The notes beneath the pieces are model-generated. The model was not told the DNA's origin, did not search any database, and saw nothing but the letters and a program-made list of their open reading frames with translations. This document shows positions 61,277 to 64,000 of a stretch of 64,000 bases of DNA, in pieces. Source of the stretch: Fistulifera solaris. Taxonomy: Eukaryota. Both the position numbers and the translations under genes were made by a program. Every line of letters starts with the position of its first letter. Positions within the stretch are counted from its first letter, which is position 1. The DNA lies in NCBI GenBank assembly GCA_030295235.1, contig AP026157.1, positions 248,001-312,000 on the forward strand, in the 5' to 3' direction.

Positions 61277-62530
61277 CTAGCTGTCAAATCCTTCATTATC
61301 ATTTTCGCTCTCACTTTCGTCTCCCATTAGTGCTGCGAAGGCCTTGATAAGTTTCTTCTTCTTGGAGTCGATCTTGGTCTTCGAGGATCCGCTTGTTCCG
61401 ATGTTTGCTTGACGACAATCAACCGTTTTGTGCTTTCCCCAGGAGTTGTGGTGGTCGCACCAGAAGTACTCGACCTTTTCCACCGTCTTGTGCTTCGGTT
61501 CGCCCTCTGCGGGAGGTACCGACATCCATTCGGGTTTGGGAGTGTTTCTGTTGCGCTGTGTCTTTCCTTTCAACTGGTTCTTTGCACTGCTTTTCGTGTT
61601 GTTGTTTGTCTTCCTCTTGCTTTCCAACTGCTGGAGTTTTGCCTCCAGGGCCAGGATTTTCTCTTCCTCGGGAGAAGGAGCGTTCCACTGAGAAAGTTGG
61701 ACAAGCATCTTGTACTTGTTGTCCGCAAGATTCATGAGATGATCGGGAGTCATCGAGACGCCTTCGTGGTAATCCTCTTCCTTCTTCATGATGTAGTTCA
61801 CGAAGGTGCGATCGGATGCCGCCTTGTAACCTTTGAAAAGGTTTGCAAGAAGATCATTGGTTGTTTCGCCGCGTGCTGCAAGTCCTTCCAACAATTGTTT
61901 CACGTGCTGGTTGACTTTCGTGATGTTGTGCTGGACTGTGGGCAGATACTGATCAAGGCTTGAGAGTTGCGTGCGGATGTGGGTCACTGTCGCGTTTGTG
62001 TCGATGTAGGTCTCGCGAATGATGACTTTGAAGAGGCAGGGTCCGCTGATAATGCCGTTAATGGTGTACTGGTCCCGCCAGATAGTGATTTTATCGATGG
62101 CGGTCGAACTGAGGTTGTTGAGGAGGCAGTTTGCTGCCATGTAGGAGTCCTGGGCCGCTCGTGTCTGACTGCTGACATAGGTGCGGGCATGTTCCTGGAT
62201 GTGCTCCAAAGTGATATCACCGTAGTTGGTGATCAGGTTCGTCGTGTGCTGGGCAGGTTCGGCCTGCTCAAGGTCGACTGGGATGTTGAAGATGATTCCC
62301 CATCCAAAGTTGTTGGCATGGATGCCAAATGCCTCGATGAAGGCAACGCATGCGACCGGGATCGCGAAGTCAAAACGTTCTTCGCCAATCTGCTTCGTAG
62401 CAGTCTCGTACAGGCGAGAACCCTCACGGGTGGCGAAGTTAATGACTTGGTTTGTGCTCAAGCCGGGGCTTAGAGCGAAGGGAACTGCGTTGGGCGCGGC
62501 GTTGGCGTTGTTCGCGTTAGCGTCAGCCAT
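61277..62530 (-). CDS. gag: Retrotransposon Gag
   Basis: ORF starting MADANANN at 62530, with a variant knuckle WCDHHNSWGKHKTVDC and an acidic tail. Confidence 0.85.
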   Translation of the reverse strand: MADANANNANAAPNAVPFALSPGLSTNQVINFATREGSRLYETATKQIGEERFDFAIPVACVAFIEAFGIHANNFGWGIIFNIPVDLEQAEPAQHTTNLITNYGDITLEHIQEHARTYVSSQTRAAQDSYMAANCLLNNLSSTAIDKITIWRDQYTINGIISGPCLFKVIIRETYIDTNATVTHIRTQLSSLDQYLPTVQHNITKVNQHVKQLLEGLAARGETTNDLLANLFKGYKAASDRTFVNYIMKKEEDYHEGVSMTPDHLMNLADNKYKMLVQLSQWNAPSPEEEKILALEAKLQQLESKRKTNNNTKSSAKNQLKGKTQRNRNTPKPEWMSVPPAEGEPKHKTVEKVEYFWCDHHNSWGKHKTVDCRQANIGTSGSSKTKIDSKKKKLIKAFAALMGDESESENDNEGFDS

Positions 62531-62595
62531 TTCGTCGGAACGAAAGAAGTCGTCGTGAAAGCTCGGAGCTTTGTTGTCACTTGGCAGAGGAAGCG

Positions 62596-62997
62596 TGTTG
62601 AAATCCACCGATGTCGGGACCGTCGGAGGATTGGGCTGAACGGATCAGAGGCCTGAACGGATCAGAGTTGTGTGCGAACGGATTGCTGCAAACGGATTGC
62701 TGGTGATAAAACTAGATGCTAATCTTATAAGGCTATCGTATTCTATTGTTCGTGATCTTTTCACTTCAAAGATGTCGCATTTCAACATGTAAGATACTCC
62801 GTAATAAAATGGCAACGTCAGCTGTATAGGTCTTGTCAGTGTATTGGGATGCTTTTCCACTGCAGTTAGCCATATCGGGAACGAGTTTCGGAGAATAGTT
62901 TGATCGCTGTTCGCTACTCAATTCCCTATAGTAAGAACTCGTGTAAACGAGACTTTCCCGTTGGTTCATGACTCGTTTACTCACGGGTTATTCAACA
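62596..62997 (-). repeat. 5' LTR (402 bp)
   Basis: Direct repeat of 56734-57134, upstream of gag on the minus strand. Confidence 0.96.
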
Positions 62998-63344
62998 CAC
63001 CACGATGACATAAACGAGTTGCCCTTCAGAATCCAAACAAAAAAATAATGAGCCTGACACACATACTTTATCATTTGTACAAATAATACACCGCTTCCTT
63101 TTCTTTGACTCCTCATCGTGCTCTGAAATATGATGATGGAACGGAATTTTTCCGCGAGCAGGTATTGTTCTCACAAGCTCTCTTGTTCAACTACATGTTA
63201 TCAATTCAAACTAAAAAGTACGCTAAAATCATGCTACTGTTTATGGACGCACAATCTTGCCGCAATCTATCTCACTAAGCAAGTTTTTTACAGCCGTGCA
63301 GACATTTATTATTCATCATTCATTCTTTCATTCATTCATTCATC

Positions 63345-64000
63345 ATGATTGTCAACATGCAATACCTCAAGGTGCCCCCCCTCGCTCTCGGTTGTGCCCT
63401 TCCGCGAACAGTTGCTGATCCTCGACCGTCGACAGTACTGCAGCTAGACCTATCATCTCCTGTTGGCCGTCCCCCTGATTGCCACAACACCATCTGTCTC
63501 TCTGTTCCCTCAGATGGAGACCCCAAAATCGTTATCGGAGCTCACTCGATGTTCGATTACATCTTCCAGTGCAATTTTGGGGACGCACGTTGTTCGTTGG
63601 GTACGGTCTACCAGATTGAGGGAACAGGTGTTTTGCTGGAGGTATCCCTGCTCTTTGGTCCTTCCAGTTCGACGGGTTCTATTGCTGTGTTTGAAGGTTG
63701 CCTTAGTGGTGCCAGCGCTACCGATGGATCCGATAGCACCCACAACGAAGGAATATTTCCTGACTGTGTCAGAGACGATTCTAACCAAGGCACTCGTTGG
63801 ATAGCAAAAAGGGTCATTTCTACTCAATCGTGGTATATGCGCGATTGGGTCCTTCTTCCAAGCCTTTCATTCTTCGCGTTAACACTGCAAAATCGTATCC
63901 AGTTTGCGACACAGAGGAAAAGAAAATGATTGCTCCCGTTGATCTGGGTACTGTGAACGCGACTTCTGTCTGCGAAGACTCTTCAGCGGTTGATATGGTG
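63345..64000 (+). CDS. Paralog of the 53056-56320 surface protein, partial (runs off the right edge), possibly degenerate
   Basis: LSVPSDGDPKIV.G.H, YQIEG.G.LLE, I.VFEGC and QG.RW.AK align with the first module of the upstream gene; frameshift near 63810. Confidence 0.7.

Larger units (their letters stand above)
56734..62997 (-). mobile_element. Full-length Ty1/copia LTR retrotransposon (diatom CoDi-like)
   Basis: Two LTRs with TGTTGAA...TTCAACA termini, a CACCAC target-site duplication (56728-56733 and 62998-63003), gag-PR-IN-RT-RH order, and a polypurine tract next to the 3' LTR. Confidence 0.97.

Noticed and set aside
62582..62595. Plus-strand TGGCAGAGGAAGCG as a canonical PBS or a PPT
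   Set aside because: Wrong strand and position: gag/pol are on the minus strand, and the real PPT abuts the left LTR at 57135-57143.
1..64000. tRNA, rRNA, snRNA or riboswitch
   Set aside because: The GGTTCGA hits I noticed (for example near 35903 and 42106) lack a cloverleaf; nothing else recognisable by eye.

Overview
Eukaryotic nuclear DNA, most likely from a pennate diatom. This is inferred from bipartite ASAF-type plastid presequences, a theta-carbonic anhydrase, a DUF6824 protein, short GT-AG introns and a diatom-type Ty1/copia element. The window is gene-dense, with about 28 protein genes. They include eEF2 (partial), a plastid long-chain acyl-CoA synthetase, a bacterial-type nitronate monooxygenase, a Cas4/RecB-like nuclease, an Nse1-like protein, a theta-CA with a lumen-targeting signal, ECM29, an RBR ligase, YjbQ, RNR2, two Mpv17/PMP22 paralogs, an RCC1-repeat protein, a ShK protein, cyclin H and two paralogous Cys-rich surface proteins. 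A very young full-length LTR retrotransposon (56734-62997, minus strand) sits between the two surface-protein genes. Many genes carry single-base frameshifts, often in homopolymers, best explained as long-read assembly errors. The most unusual signals are four. (1) A ~650-bp intergenic tract built from at least 16 different heptamer tandem duplications. (2) A retrotransposon primer-binding site that lacks the canonical TGG and instead matches the D-arm of eukaryotic initiator tRNA. (3) An in-frame, stop-separated gag/pol junction followed by a transmembrane-like segment. (4) An apparently plastid-targeted solo Cas4/RecB nuclease resembling actinobacterial ones. All family assignments come from motif recognition by eye; no searches were run.
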